A stretch of DNA of 64,000 bases from contig NC_135658.1 in the NCBI RefSeq assembly GCF_964188315.1, positions 68,448,001-68,512,000 on the forward strand, in the 5' to 3' direction. Source of the stretch: Podarcis muralis (taxonomy: Eukaryota). A program made the translations under genes and the position numbers. Below are positions 34,937 through 46,813 of this stretch, in pieces. The notes under the pieces are model-generated. The model searched no databases and was not told where the DNA came from. It saw nothing but the letters and a program-made list of their open reading frames with translations. How positions within the stretch are numbered: the stretch's first letter is position 1; each line of letters begins with the position of its first letter.

Positions 34937-35162
34937 CAGTGGTACTTCGGGTTAAGTACTTAATTCGTTCCAGAGGTCCGTACTTAACCTGAAACTGTTC
35001 TTAACCTGAAGCACCACTTTAGCTAATGGGGCCTCCTGCTGCCACCGCGCCGCCGGAGCACAATTTCTGTTCTCATCCTGAAGCAAAGTTCTTAACCCAA
35101 GGTACTACTTCAGGGTTAGCGGAGTCTGTAACCTGAAGCGTATGTAACCCAAGGTACCACTG
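34937..35162 (+). mobile_element. Tigger-like MITE family A, copy 4
   Basis: TIRs and TA TSDs intact. Confidence 0.9.
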
Positions 35163-36189
35163 TACTAATATTATAATACAGTCTTTACTCTGATTTCCTA
35201 AATTGCCTTAAACAGGAATCAGGCGAGCTATACGATCCTCATCCCTCGTGCAAGTTTGTGTGGCTCACAATTTAAAAGTGTTAGCGTGCTTTTAGGAAGA
35301 TAAATTCACTGGGATGAAGTATTTATTTGTGTATTATCTTTCCACAAAGGAAATCTGTGTTCAAGGGCAGATCGCAATATACAAAGCAAACAGCAGCAGC
35401 AATATATTAAAGCAAAAAAAAAAAAAAAAAAGCATTTCAGTACTCACTTCAGCAGTACATTTCAAAACACATCAGTGTTGCAATAAGTCCTTAGTAATGC
35501 AGAGCCGGGGGAGGTCTCAAAAAACGAAGCAAATCAAAACCTCTGCATTGATATTAAAGGCACCATAAACAATTAGCTCAGTGATGAGAGTTTTCCAAAA
35601 TGCAACAAACTGGTTTGGTAGCCCACTTCACACCCTGGTTGACTTTCCTAACCCACCTGTGTCAGCCTTGCACACTATGCCCTGCCTCCCAACCAGGGAC
35701 ATTCGTGTGTGTGTGTGTGTGTGTGCGCTTGCGTGCACATGTCCCTCTGCAGTTTCTTCCAGCTACAACTTCTCCTGGAACGGAGGAGTGGGATAAGGCA
35801 GGTGGAACTAACCAGGCTCTTGATGACACCCAAAGACTGCTCTCGCCCACATGCATGCGCAGGGTATATTAATAAGCAGCTTCCTGGTGTGGTGGATTCA
35901 CTTGATGAGGCTTTGTACCATCGAGGTTATTTTTGTGGCTGCCACAGATTATTTTATTCATTGTTTATATTTGTATCTTTTTGTCTGGCTTTCCAGATGG
36001 CTCCCAAGACAGTTAACAATTAAAAATAACAACACAATGAATGACGCAGCAATAAAATGACTAAGACAAAATTAGAACGTCAACTAAAAACACCAAAACA
36101 GATAGCAAGGTAGCTTAAAGCAGTAACTAGTTAATGCAGTCAGACAGAATCAGGTACCATTGAGGTGACTGTATATGTCCCTCTCTCCT

Positions 36190-36560
36190 TTTTTAAAAAA
36201 ATAATTTTTTCCCCCAGAGATATTTTGACATAAAAACAATCCTGTATTTCCCAACAAATATGTATTTTTTGACTTTCCTCCACTCCTTTTGCCATTTCTT
36301 ATAATTTTTTAAATTTGTATCACTGCATCTCCTTCATTACTGCAATTAATAATTTATCCCTAGTGATCTTTTATCATTAACTGTTTGGTTTAAGTTAGTC
36401 CTGCTGGTGATCTTATATGTGTACTATGACATTTCAAATAATCCACACATTCTCCCCAGTCTTTTATAAAGCTGTGCCATTTCAGCACAGTCCGTTAATT
36501 TAGTCTTCCTTCTTGGTTGGTACAGAATCTTCTTTTCATTTCTGAGCATAAATCATCCTG
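36190..36560 (-). mobile_element. L1-clade LINE 3' fragment
   Basis: Minus strand gives decayed RMIYAQK..VPT..KLTDCAEMAQ..FIKDWG..DYLK, followed by an A-rich end. Confidence 0.6.
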
Positions 36561-37460
36561 GAATGTCCCTCTTTCCAGTCCTGTCAACATACGCCAGCAG
36601 TCCGTGTCATATTGAAAGTCACCTTGAAATTGAGTGCATATCTGGACTTCACGCTCCCTGAGATTGGTCCCTTGGTAACTTTAAGGTTCTCTGCTGGCCT
36701 TAACATTTTTCAGACCACGGTATTTTGCTTTGGTAAGCTGTCCCAAGCTGGTTACTGGGAGTGAGCATTCTTTCAGTGGAACTGCTAGTATGTACGTGAA
36801 ACATGAAAAAAAGCACTTGAAAAATGGTTTGCCTTCCAAGCAGATTATGCCTTCATTTTTCTTTGTGGGGTGTTCCTTTGTGCAGCACAATGAACCACTC
36901 AGTATTGTTCCTCTCTGTGAGGATGTGAGTACAGTGCAGTGACTTGATTCATGGTCAACCCACGCCGTCCTAAGCAGCCTTCGTAGCCAACCCCCGACCC
37001 CCCACCCTTCCCCTTTATGCTTGACAGCGAGCTGAAAAAATGTTCTCTTCTGTGCTCGCACAATTGTGTTTTTTAACAAGCCTTTCAGAAGTTTATTTTA
37101 TAAAATGAATGCCTTCCATTGCCAGGCAACACATCCAAAACAAACATTCGGCTCAGTACGGCACAGCACGTGTAGGCGTCCTAGCACAGATGTGTCTTGA
37201 GTGTTCTCATTCATCGTGGCTTTCTCCTAATTCCGCCTGCCTGCAAGCGCTGCTTCACAGCTGTCTCACTTTTTTATGCTAAGCCTCTGGTTTAGTTCTT
37301 GGGGACTAGTGAGGAGGCACTTACTGACATCAGGGAGGATGTCGGTTTTAGATTTAGATTATGTTTCATAACCCTACTTTCACATGATTTTATGCGGGGA
37401 AGCTCATAAACGGTTGTCTTTCGTTAAGCAAGGGCTTCTCTACACAACTAGTGTTGGGGT

Positions 37461-37773
37461 TAAACCACAGAGCCTAGGATTTGCCGGTCAGAAGGTCGGC
37501 GGTTCGAATCCCTGCGTCGGGGTGAGCTCCCGTTGCTCGGTCCCTGCTCCTGCCAACCTAGCAGTTCAAAAGCATGCCAGTACAAGTAGATAAATAGATA
37601 CCGCTCCGGCAGGAAGGTAAACGGCGTTTCTGTGTGCTGCTCTGGTTCGCCAGAAGCAGCTTAGTCATGCTGGCCACATGACCCGGAAGCTGTACGCCGG
37701 CTCCCTCGGCCAATAAAGCAAGATGAGCGCCGCAACCCCAGAGTCAGCCACGACTAGACCCTTTACCTTTACC
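37461..37773 (+). mobile_element. Sauria SINE copy 3, 5'-truncated, flanked by a ~90-101 bp direct repeat
   Basis: Flanks 37360-37460 and 37774-37863 align apart from an 11-bp indel and a few substitutions. Confidence 0.92.
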
Positions 37774-37875
37774 TATGTTTCATAACCCTACTTTGACATG
37801 ATTTTATGCGGAGAAGCTCATAAACGTTAAGCAAGGGCTTCTTTACACAACTAGTGTTGGGGTAATTCAGAGGTA

Positions 37876-38101
37876 CAGTGGTACCTCGGGTTACAGACAC
37901 TTCAGGTTACAGACTCCGCTAACCCAGAAATATTACCTCAGGTTAAGAACTTTGCTTCAGGATGAGAACAGAAATCGTGTTACGGCGGTGCAGCGGCAGC
38001 AGGAGGCCCCATTAGCTAAAGTGGCGCTTCAGGTTAAGAACAGTTTCAGGTTACGAACAGACCTCCGGAACGAATTAAGTACTTAACCTGAGGTACCACT
38101 G
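37876..38101 (-). mobile_element. Tigger-like MITE family A, copy 5
   Basis: TIRs and TA TSDs intact. Confidence 0.9.
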
Positions 38102-38270
38102 TATTGTTGGTTGTTATACTGACAGAGAGGTCTAGGAATCCCAAAGTATTTGATCACACGCCTACTGTGCTGGTCTTTGTGGGCTATACACAAGTCACAC
38201 TGTGCTTCTGTTGGGAACGTGAGACTTTGCAGACTAGAAATAATCACCTTCCTTCTGTTGACATCAGCTC

Positions 38271-38397
38271 CTGTGGTCCTCCAGCTCTTGCTGGACTCCA
38301 GCTCCCATCATTCCCAGCAAGCATGATGATTGGTCAAGGATGATGGAACTTGGGATCTAACAACATCTGGTGGGAGAGCACAGGTTATCCATTCCTG
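38271..38397. mobile_element. Old hAT-type palindromic MITE remnant
   Basis: CTGTGGTCCTCCAG...CTCCCATCAT...GATGATGG...CATCTGG...CACAGG. Confidence 0.6.
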
Positions 38398-39454
38398 GCT
38401 TACATAATCGCTTGATTCCTCAGGAATCAAGAGCTTCTCGTTTTCCTAGGAGTTTTTGACTTCTGCTACTTTGACACACTCTTGGACCATGTGAACAAAT
38501 AAGAAACAAATTAGAAATTGAAGTGAGCATCCGTAGTTATATGATTTTAAGTCATGTCTTCTTTTAAGTTGGCTCAGTTGTTTACAGTGACTACTACTGC
38601 AGGAAAGGTTGTTGTATGTAAGATAGATTTAGCTTTAATGGATGCAAAACAAACTCCCTTCTGTCCCAACCACACAACTCTGTCTTATACTGTATCTTTG
38701 CAGAATGGGTATGATAGCCTTCTGTAATAATGCCCCACAACTGAACAAGCAATTGTGTGGATGTGCCTGCTTTTTCCTTCTGAACCACTTTGAGCAAGAC
38801 ATGAAAGCTTAAAATTGAAGACTTTTGAGGTTTTGGGTGGGGGCATGGCTATTCTAATAAAAAGCCGTCTCTTGTCCCCATGTATATTCTTATTAGGAAA
38901 TATATAGAGCAAAACAAATTTATTGCAGTTTGAAAAAGAAGCCTTCAGTGCCTTTGTGATGTGACCATCCCTCTTCTCACAGCTATTTACATCACTCCAT
39001 CCCTTGGCAGTACATTTTCCTGCTATTTGATATATTGTTAGTGCTCTCTAATACTTCAAGACTGAACAGAAACCAAGGGTGCTTCCATTCCTTTAAAAGC
39101 CAAGCAGAGTCTTTCCTTCCTTTTGTCGGTGAAATAGCTTCAGTGGCTAAATAAATGCTGTCATCTTTAAAGGTCATTTCAAACAAAATAAGGAAAGGGC
39201 TGCTGCAAGGCGTTAACGCCAACCTTGTTTTGATATTTTTGACATCAGTGCCTGCTGTTTAATTAAAAGGAGGAATAGTTCTAAAATCTGAATAGTCTTT
39301 TTCATTGATTGTTTTGCATGGCTCAGTTCAAGAGGACAAACAACATTGCAAAAGTTGTAAGGAAAAAAGTAAAAATTGAAGTTTAAAACCAGCTAGCTAC
39401 TGCAACTGAAGCTTTACAGCTTATTATTAGGTCTTCCTCACCTCTCCTTCACTA

Positions 39455-39456
<2 letters not shown>

Positions 39457-39527
<71 letters not shown>
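39457..39527. repeat. Compound (TC)n(AC)n microsatellite
   Basis: Direct reading. Confidence 0.95.
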
Positions 39528-39530
<3 letters not shown>

Positions 39531-40909
39531 TTTAATCTTTTCACCTTTGTAGCCAAGTAGAAGATTCAGTGTTTGCAGACTAAGGAAGAAACAATGTCAT
39601 TGTTATTTGAATAAATGGTTCTCAAGATTTCCAATCAGTTGGCAGATTAGTCCCAGTTCCTTTGTTCCTAAAACATTTTATCCTTGAGATGGCTCTAAGC
39701 ACCACCACACTCTCTGAAATATGATACAGTAAAATATTATCCTTGAACTCTTATCAAGAGAAGATAATAAAATAGTGTATGTGTAGTATTGGAGCATTTG
39801 AATGCTTTAAAGTTAATTTGAGGCAGAGGGTTTTTGTTGCATTATAATTAGGCTTTTTCTTTGGAAGGACAATGTGGATATCTCCCTTGATCATCATTTC
39901 AGGAACTGAGAACTTCCCAATTTGGCTATGTAGGTTCTGTGTATCATAGGAACTGCTGTTTTGCTGTACCTTGTGGAGTGCTGATCCTTGTCTTGTTCCG
40001 TTCCTCAATACTTCCAGGAAAAGATGCACTGCTGTGAATAAATATTTGATTTTTTTCATTTATTATAGCCAGAAAAATAGATATATTCTTTTTCCATGTT
40101 TACTTTCTACTCATTCTATGATAATATAAAGTGTTACTTTCTGTTTATGTTTGAATTGTTCAAACAATTTCAGTAATGACGTTTGTATGCAATTGCCTAT
40201 CCAAAAGAGGGAATTCTCCTGGCGAATGTAAAATGGCATGTTCTTTCTTTTTCAGAAATGTTTTTCAAGCATTGTTTGTTCCGTATTTTGCTGCTTTTAC
40301 AATTTTATATAACTTCCTATTATGCTTAGTACTTTCACAGTAGTCAAAAGAAATCTAAATCACGATGTAAAACTATACATACACAAATTGAATTGAGCAG
40401 AACACGTGTCTGTGTGTATGTTGGGGGGAAAACAACAACTGTTGATATTTGGTAGACGATGAGGGGAAATAATTGGGTTCAAGTTTGCATAGCTGCCATT
40501 TTTTTGCACACATAACACCTGAAGCTTAAAATAAATCACCTACTCTTTAGAAGCCATCCTTCAACAAATCACATGGGCTTTGAGGTCATTAGAGGGAAAC
40601 CCTTCTTAATACTTGAGTCTTCAAGCTCCCTATCCCCCTCCTAATCTCTCTTTCTACCTCTCTCCCACCCACCATTCTCCACCTATTCTGACACGTCCCC
40701 ATACAACTGCTTCTGAGACTTTGTGGAGACTCACTGAGCAGATTTAAAATTATAACTCTCCGCTTCGTACAATAATATCTGTTGCCTGGGATTCGTGGAA
40801 TTCATTTTAATGTGTTCAGTGACATTATAAAATGTAAAAAGGACCCTCTTGAGTTTGTTTGCCTCAGCACTTGAAATCTAAAAAGTAATTTGTCATTTTT
40901 GTTTTCCAG

Positions 40910-41166
40910 AATTCGTACCCCAGGCTTTTGGAATGCCTTTGTCACAAGTGATCGCTAATGATCGGGCCTACAAATTGAAACAAGATACTCAGAGGGAAGA
41001 ACAGAGGGATGTTTCAGAATTTGTACCTTCCCTTTTACCATTTGGGAGTAAAAGACAGAACAAAGAACTCTCAAGCAGTAACTCATCTCTTAGCTCCACC
41101 TCGGAAACACCAAACGAATCTACTTCTCCTAACACGCCAGAACCAGCTCCACGAGCAAGGAGGAGA
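40910..41166 (+). CDS. ARHGAP6: ARHGAP6 exon 4 ([25 protein letters not shown]...[10 protein letters not shown])
   Basis: tttccag|AA ... AGA|gtaagt; 257 nt, phase 1 to 0; overlaps ORF 40933. Confidence 0.97.
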
Positions 41167-42919
41167 GTAAGTTTTCTATCAGTGGATTTGCATGAGCTGC
41201 AGGCTTTTATGGGACTTTCCCAGGCACTGCCTTTCTTACAGAAGTTAAAATCTCAGAGCTGGTCTTCCATAGTTAAATTAAAGTCAGCCCTGATTCAGTC
41301 GATAGTAGTTGCAATTTTAATGGTCATCTCTCATTCCCAGCTGTTCGTGGGAGAGAATGAAATGGACACAAGTCTCTTGCCAACACCTCAGGGGACACAA
41401 GGATTCTTTGGAAACTTTCCTTTTCCCCAGTCAGATTCTGGTTGGTCTTTCTCAAATTATTAAAGCACTCAGTCACTTTAAAAAAGAAGAAGCTGTTTAT
41501 TGTAGATGGGTTACGTGCTTATGAGACTATTGTTCATCCAGTTACTCATTTCATCCTCAAAATATAATAAAAAAAAAAACTTGTGTAATTAGACTCCTGG
41601 TTCTATTCTAACATTTTAAAAAATAGCATCGGAATAAGTTAAATTGTTTTTCCCTTGATAGGTTAAAAAAACCCCTATTGAGGTTCATAAAAATAACTGG
41701 AGTAAAACTTCTAAAACCCGCAGTCATGCAACCTCTTATTAGGACTAACCAAAAAAGTCACGAAGGAATGGCAAGATTTCAAGTTATCTAAACTAGCTTG
41801 AAGCCACACATTTTATTTATGCATATTGTTTGACTATGGCTTCCTTTACATAACACTTGTGACATTACAGATATAGAATCTTACGATTGGAGATTTTTAT
41901 TTTATGCCAGTGTATATTCTCCAGTGTCAGTCGGGAGTCAGTCACACATCCATATGCTTTACACAAGATAATTTAGAGAAAGGTTTTTCCTTCCTGGACA
42001 GATACAGGATAGGCAGTTTGTGCTGCCCATTAGTGGTATTTTTGGTGGGCTTTCTTCCTTTCAAAATGAAAAGCCGATGTTTATAATTCTTTCCTCCCTG
42101 TATTTTCTACCAGGACATCATCCAGAAAATAATATTCACAAAGTTGGAGCATATTACACTGATTCTGTACCAGCTCCAGTGGCTGCTAAAACATTTCCAG
42201 GCCCAATTTAAAGTCCTAATTAGCTAGAGACTAAACTTTTGAACGCCTATGCCCAGCCCTTAGATCTGGTGGCAGAGTCCTTGATCATGGACCCTCTCGT
42301 AAGGTCTTTCACCTTTGTGAACACAAAAAATAGTCTTCTTTTTTTTTAGTGGTGGCCCCATCATTCATTGTGAATCTTCCTCCCAGTGGAGGTATATTTA
42401 GTTCTTTTTTATTGTTTTCAAATGAGTCTTAAAGACCCGCTTGATTAATTGTGGTGGTAATGCAATGCTGATGTTGTTTACCCTCATCAGATGTAATTTT
42501 AACTGTTATTTTATTGCTGGTATGGAATGAAATGTTTGTATGTTGTGCTTTGTAGTTTTGCCTTTAAATGGTTTAATGATTTATGCTTTGTCCTGAAAGG
42601 CAGTATCTTCCATTATGTACACTTTTTCTATGGACTGGTTGTGCCCATGAATAGCAGATGCCTCTGTTGGCCTGTCCAAGGAATAAAGCAATTTTCCCTT
42701 CTCAAAATGGCTATTGTGTTTTATTATAGTAGAAGTATAGTCTTCTGTTCTGTAAGGTGCTAGCAGGGAATGCTGGGCACTGCCTGGAATTTGGAATAAC
42801 AACTCCCCCCCCCCCCCTTAAAATGTGATTTTTAAATGGATAGTGTAATTTGTGAATTTTGGGACTGTGCACCCACATACAGCAGAATGCATGGCTCATT
42901 GCATCCAATGGTATTCTAA

Positions 42920-43515
42920 CATCATCAAAACAACTTCCTCCACCTCAGAAAACCTTGTTTGTAATCATCACACCAAACTGGGCAAAGTCAAACAAAAGTC
43001 ATATTTCAGTCTGCCATCTTGATTAAAAATGGTACCCAATGTCCAAACATAGACGAAGACCACCACCTCCACTTCAGGAACCTTCATGACAAGTTGGGTT
43101 ACAATATCTCAAGAGGCATCCAAATGGGCGCAGTTGTGAGCTGCCCTACCAAACTGGGTGAGAAGATCCAAACAGAATGGTTTGGGCCCAGGACAAATTT
43201 GGGCAAAGTTACATCAAACTGGGCAGTTATGTCTTTAGAGGCATCCACACTGGCGCAGGTTGGACCCATCACACCAAAAATCAGGTGCAGTCACACCAAA
43301 GTCACATTTCAGTCCACCATCTTAACTCAGAATGGTCCCTGGTGTCCAAACGCAAATGAAGATCACTGCCTCCCCCCTCAGGAATCCTTGTGTTGAGTTG
43401 GGTGATGATATCTTCAGAGGCATCCAAATCAGTGTAGCTTCGACCCATCGTGCCAAGAATAGGGTAAAGTTGTAACAAAGTCACGTTTCAGAACACCATC
43501 TTGATTCAGAATTGA
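42920..43515. repeat. Degenerate ~179-bp tandem repeat (about 3.5 units)
   Basis: AAAGTCA at 42995, 43298, 43477; AGAGGCATCCA at 43112, 43237, 43416. Confidence 0.75.
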
Positions 43516-43665
43516 CTTTCCTGTTTTCTGTTTATGTAAGAATCTGTCCCATGTGTTTTTGGAGCTATTTTTATTCATGGCTATGTCTGCTGTGAAGGAA
43601 GACTACAAATGGAATTCTCTCCCACCAACACCCATGTTGATTGTATGTCTTTGTGTATGTTGCAG

Positions 43666-43861
43666 GGTGCAATGTCTGTGGACTCCATTACGGATCTTGA
43701 TGACAGTCAATCTCGACTGCTAGAAGCCCTACAGCTGTCATTGCCTGCTGAAGCCCAGAGCAAAAAAGAAAAGTCCAGGGACAAGAAACTAAGCCTTAAT
43801 CCTATTTACAGGCAGGTTCCTCGAGTTGTGGACAGCTGCTGCCAGCATTTAGAAAAACATG
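43666..43861 (+). CDS. ARHGAP6: ARHGAP6 exon 5 ([13 protein letters not shown]...[16 protein letters not shown]), start of the RhoGAP domain
   Basis: ttgcag|GGT ... CATG|gtaagt; 196 nt, phase 0 to 1. Confidence 0.97.
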
Positions 43862-44247
43862 GTAAGTATGATTCAACCTGGCAATGAAAGGTAGGCGACA
43901 GACCATCTTGTATTTATTGTACTAGCCATTGGCCTTGACGACTTTTAAAATAAAACTTCAGATATACAAACAATGAAATAAAGATAAATAATAAGATAAC
44001 AGTTAAAAGACAGTATAGTTATACTAAAACCTTTTACCCAATACAATAAAAAAAACCCAACACAACTTTTTTCCATTTAAAGTTTCTTTGCAGCTAAAGG
44101 GAACAGTGATGTTTTATATGTCACAAACAGATAAATAACTCCTGACAAAAAGTAGATAATTACTTGATCAGAACTTCTTGTTAAACTTGAAAAATCTTAT
44201 TTCCTTTGGACCCTCATAAAGGGGACATTTCAATACATAATGGATTA

Positions 44248-44726
44248 CAGTGCTACCTTGGTTCTCAAACTTAATCCATTCCGGAAGTCCTTTCCAAAAC
44301 CAAAGCGTTCCAAAACCAAGGCGCGCTTTCCCATAGAAAGTAATGCAAAATGGATCAATCCATTCCAGACTTTTAAAAACAACCCCTAAAACAGCAATTT
44401 AACATGAATTTTACTATATAACAAGACCATTGATCCATAAAATGAAAGCAATAAATAATATATTGCAGTCACACAATCAATCAGTAGCTGAACTGGGTTC
44501 TACACAGTCACAGAAACAAAAGAAAAAAGAGCCACAAAAATGCAAAATAAATAGCAAAAACAGACAGACCTCAGCGTAACACTCAAAACGGAAGTGTAAC
44601 ACTCAAAATGGAGCATGTTCAGTTTTCGAAAAAAGTTCGCAAATCGGAACACTTACTTCCAGGTTTGCAGTGTTTGGGTTCCAAGTTGTTTGAGTACCAT
44701 GGCGTTTGAGAACCAAGGTACCACGG
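44248..44726. mobile_element. Tigger-like MITE family D (479 bp)
   Basis: TIR C(A/C)GTG(C/G)TACCTTGGTTCTCAAAC; TA TSDs. Confidence 0.88.
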
Positions 44727-45059
44727 TACATTCTCCACAAGTTTCAAATTATAGTTGCAGATCTGTTGGGAGACAGGTATCCATCCAACACAGCAGAAGG
44801 CAAAATTTGTACTTGTATTTATGCCTACTCCAACCTTATGTCTACTTCAGCTTTACCTTCATGTAGCCTATTCCTTCATTCTTTTTTTTTAATCTAAAAG
44901 ATCCAAAAGTGCTGCAGGCAGATTATACATCTGTGACAGACATGGATAATGCCACTTTGGTTTCCCATGCTACTTGAGAAAAAGCAAGTGTGTTTTACCA
45001 AGTATATAACTCTGTCATGGTGCATTGATGAAATTTCAGTAGTGCCACCTGTATCCTTA

Positions 45060-45427
45060 AAGGTAAAGGTAAAGGGACCCCTGACCATTAGGTCCAGTTG
45101 TGGCCGACTCGGGAGTTGCGGCGCTCATCTCGCTTTATTGGCCGAGGGAGCCAGCGTACAACTTCTGGGTCGTGTGGCCAGCATGACTAAGCCACTTCTG
45201 GCGAACCAGAGCAGCGCATGGAAACACCATTTACCTTCCCGCCAGAGCGGTATTTATCCACTTGCACTTTGACGTGCTTTTGAACTGCTAGGTTGGCAGA
45301 AGCAGGGACCGAGCAACGGGAGCTCACCCCGTCACAGGGATTCAAACCGCCAACCTTCTGATCGGCAAGTCCTAGGCTCTGTGGTTTAACCCACAGCGCC
45401 CCCCACGTCTCGATGCCACCCGCGTCC
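45060..45427 (-). mobile_element. Sauria SINE copy 4, full length, with a duplicated 5' tip
   Basis: TSD CCTGTATCCTTA (45048-45059, 45426-45437). Confidence 0.95.
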
Positions 45428-45862
45428 TGTATCCTTACTTTGTTTTAATTCACCACTTGTCATCACACCTCTGTTGGCTGATAGTAGGGCCAGATATGGG
45501 GGGCACGCACACACCCACCCACCCACCCACAACCTGTAAACAATAAAATGAAGAGAAATAAGATGTGCAAGTGTGGTATATCAGAAAACTAGTATTTCGC
45601 TTTTTTTTAATGGTTGTACACACAAGTAAATGAATACCTGTGCATATACTTACAAATGGACAAAAGGTTTATGAAACTCAGGCAGTGTAGGGAAGCACTA
45701 ATTGAGGGCAGGGTAAGGTAGCACACAGGGCAAATACATCCCATCAAACATAGCCCACTAGAGTGTCAACAGAAAACACTAAGATAGAGTTCAATTGAAA
45801 GCACTTATATGTAAAAGAACAAAGATAAACGTAGACGTGGAGAAATAAAATGATTGCAACTT

Positions 45863-46140
45863 AAAGGTAAAGGGACCCCTGACCATTAGGTCCAGTCGTG
45901 GCCGACTCTGGGGTTGTGGCGCTCATCTCGCTTTATTGGCCGAGGGAGCCGGCGTACAGCTTCCGGGTCATGTGGCCAGCATGACTAAGCCGCTTCTGGC
46001 GAACCAGAGCAGCGCACGGAAACACCGTTTACCTTCCCGCCTGAGCGGTACCTATTTATCTACTTACACTTTGACGTGCTTTCGAACTGCTAGGTTGGCA
46101 GGAGCAGGGACCGAGCAACGGGAGCTCACCCCGTCATGGG
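45863..46140 (-). mobile_element. Sauria SINE copy 5, 5'-truncated
   Basis: Body and ACCTTT tail present; most of the tRNA head is missing; no clear TSD. Confidence 0.92.
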
Positions 46141-46757
46141 TGCATTAATATTCAGGTGTATACACATCCTGAGCTGCTGCCAGTCATAGGATAGAAAGGG
46201 GAAGTATCTGTCCTTTGTTACTAAGAGATAACTAAAATGGTGTTCAAAATAGCATTTTTAAAATTTTGGGATACAAGTTGTTCACATCTACATTTACCAT
46301 TTCCAGCCTCCTGCTGTTGCCAGGGAGAAAGCAGCACATGAGCCAGTGCAATACTAAGTTCATCCATAGGCAACTTTTTTCTCTATGCACTTAACTTTTA
46401 TGCCTACATTAGTGAGCTGAGGCTGAAGTATTTTTATATAATTGAGACATGTGTGTTATGGTTAAAATAGGTCTTAGACTTCCCTCTAGTGTCACCCTTA
46501 AATAGTTACCACCGAGTTGCTGAAAAGCAATCATTGATGCATAACAGCAAGCTTCACTGAGGAAAGTACTCACCAATTCTACCTTTTTTCTGAATTGTAG
46601 ACAAGTTTGGGTTTTATGTTTGGGGTGGATGGGGAGGAGGAGTGATAGCCCTGAGTGTTGCTACAGTTATTCATAGGATGTTTGCTGCAGAAAATGTAAA
46701 AATGCTCTGATAATGCATGTTCTACCAAAGCTTTAAATAATTTGTTGTATTTTTCAG

Positions 46758-46813
46758 GCCTTCAGACAGTGGGCATATTCCGAGTTGGTAGCTCAAAAAA
46801 GAGAGTAAGACAG
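46758..46813 (+). CDS. ARHGAP6: ARHGAP6 exon 6 (GLQTVGIFRVGSSKKRVRQ), with the catalytic arginine finger (CGA 46781-46783)
   Basis: ttttcag|GC ... CAG|gtgaga; 56 nt, phase 1 to 0; GIFR motif of RhoGAP domains is intact. Confidence 0.96.

Noticed and set aside
42920-43515. Regularly spaced repeats as a CRISPR-like array
   Set aside because: Vertebrate intron; whole units are homologous (no unique spacers) and there are no cas genes.
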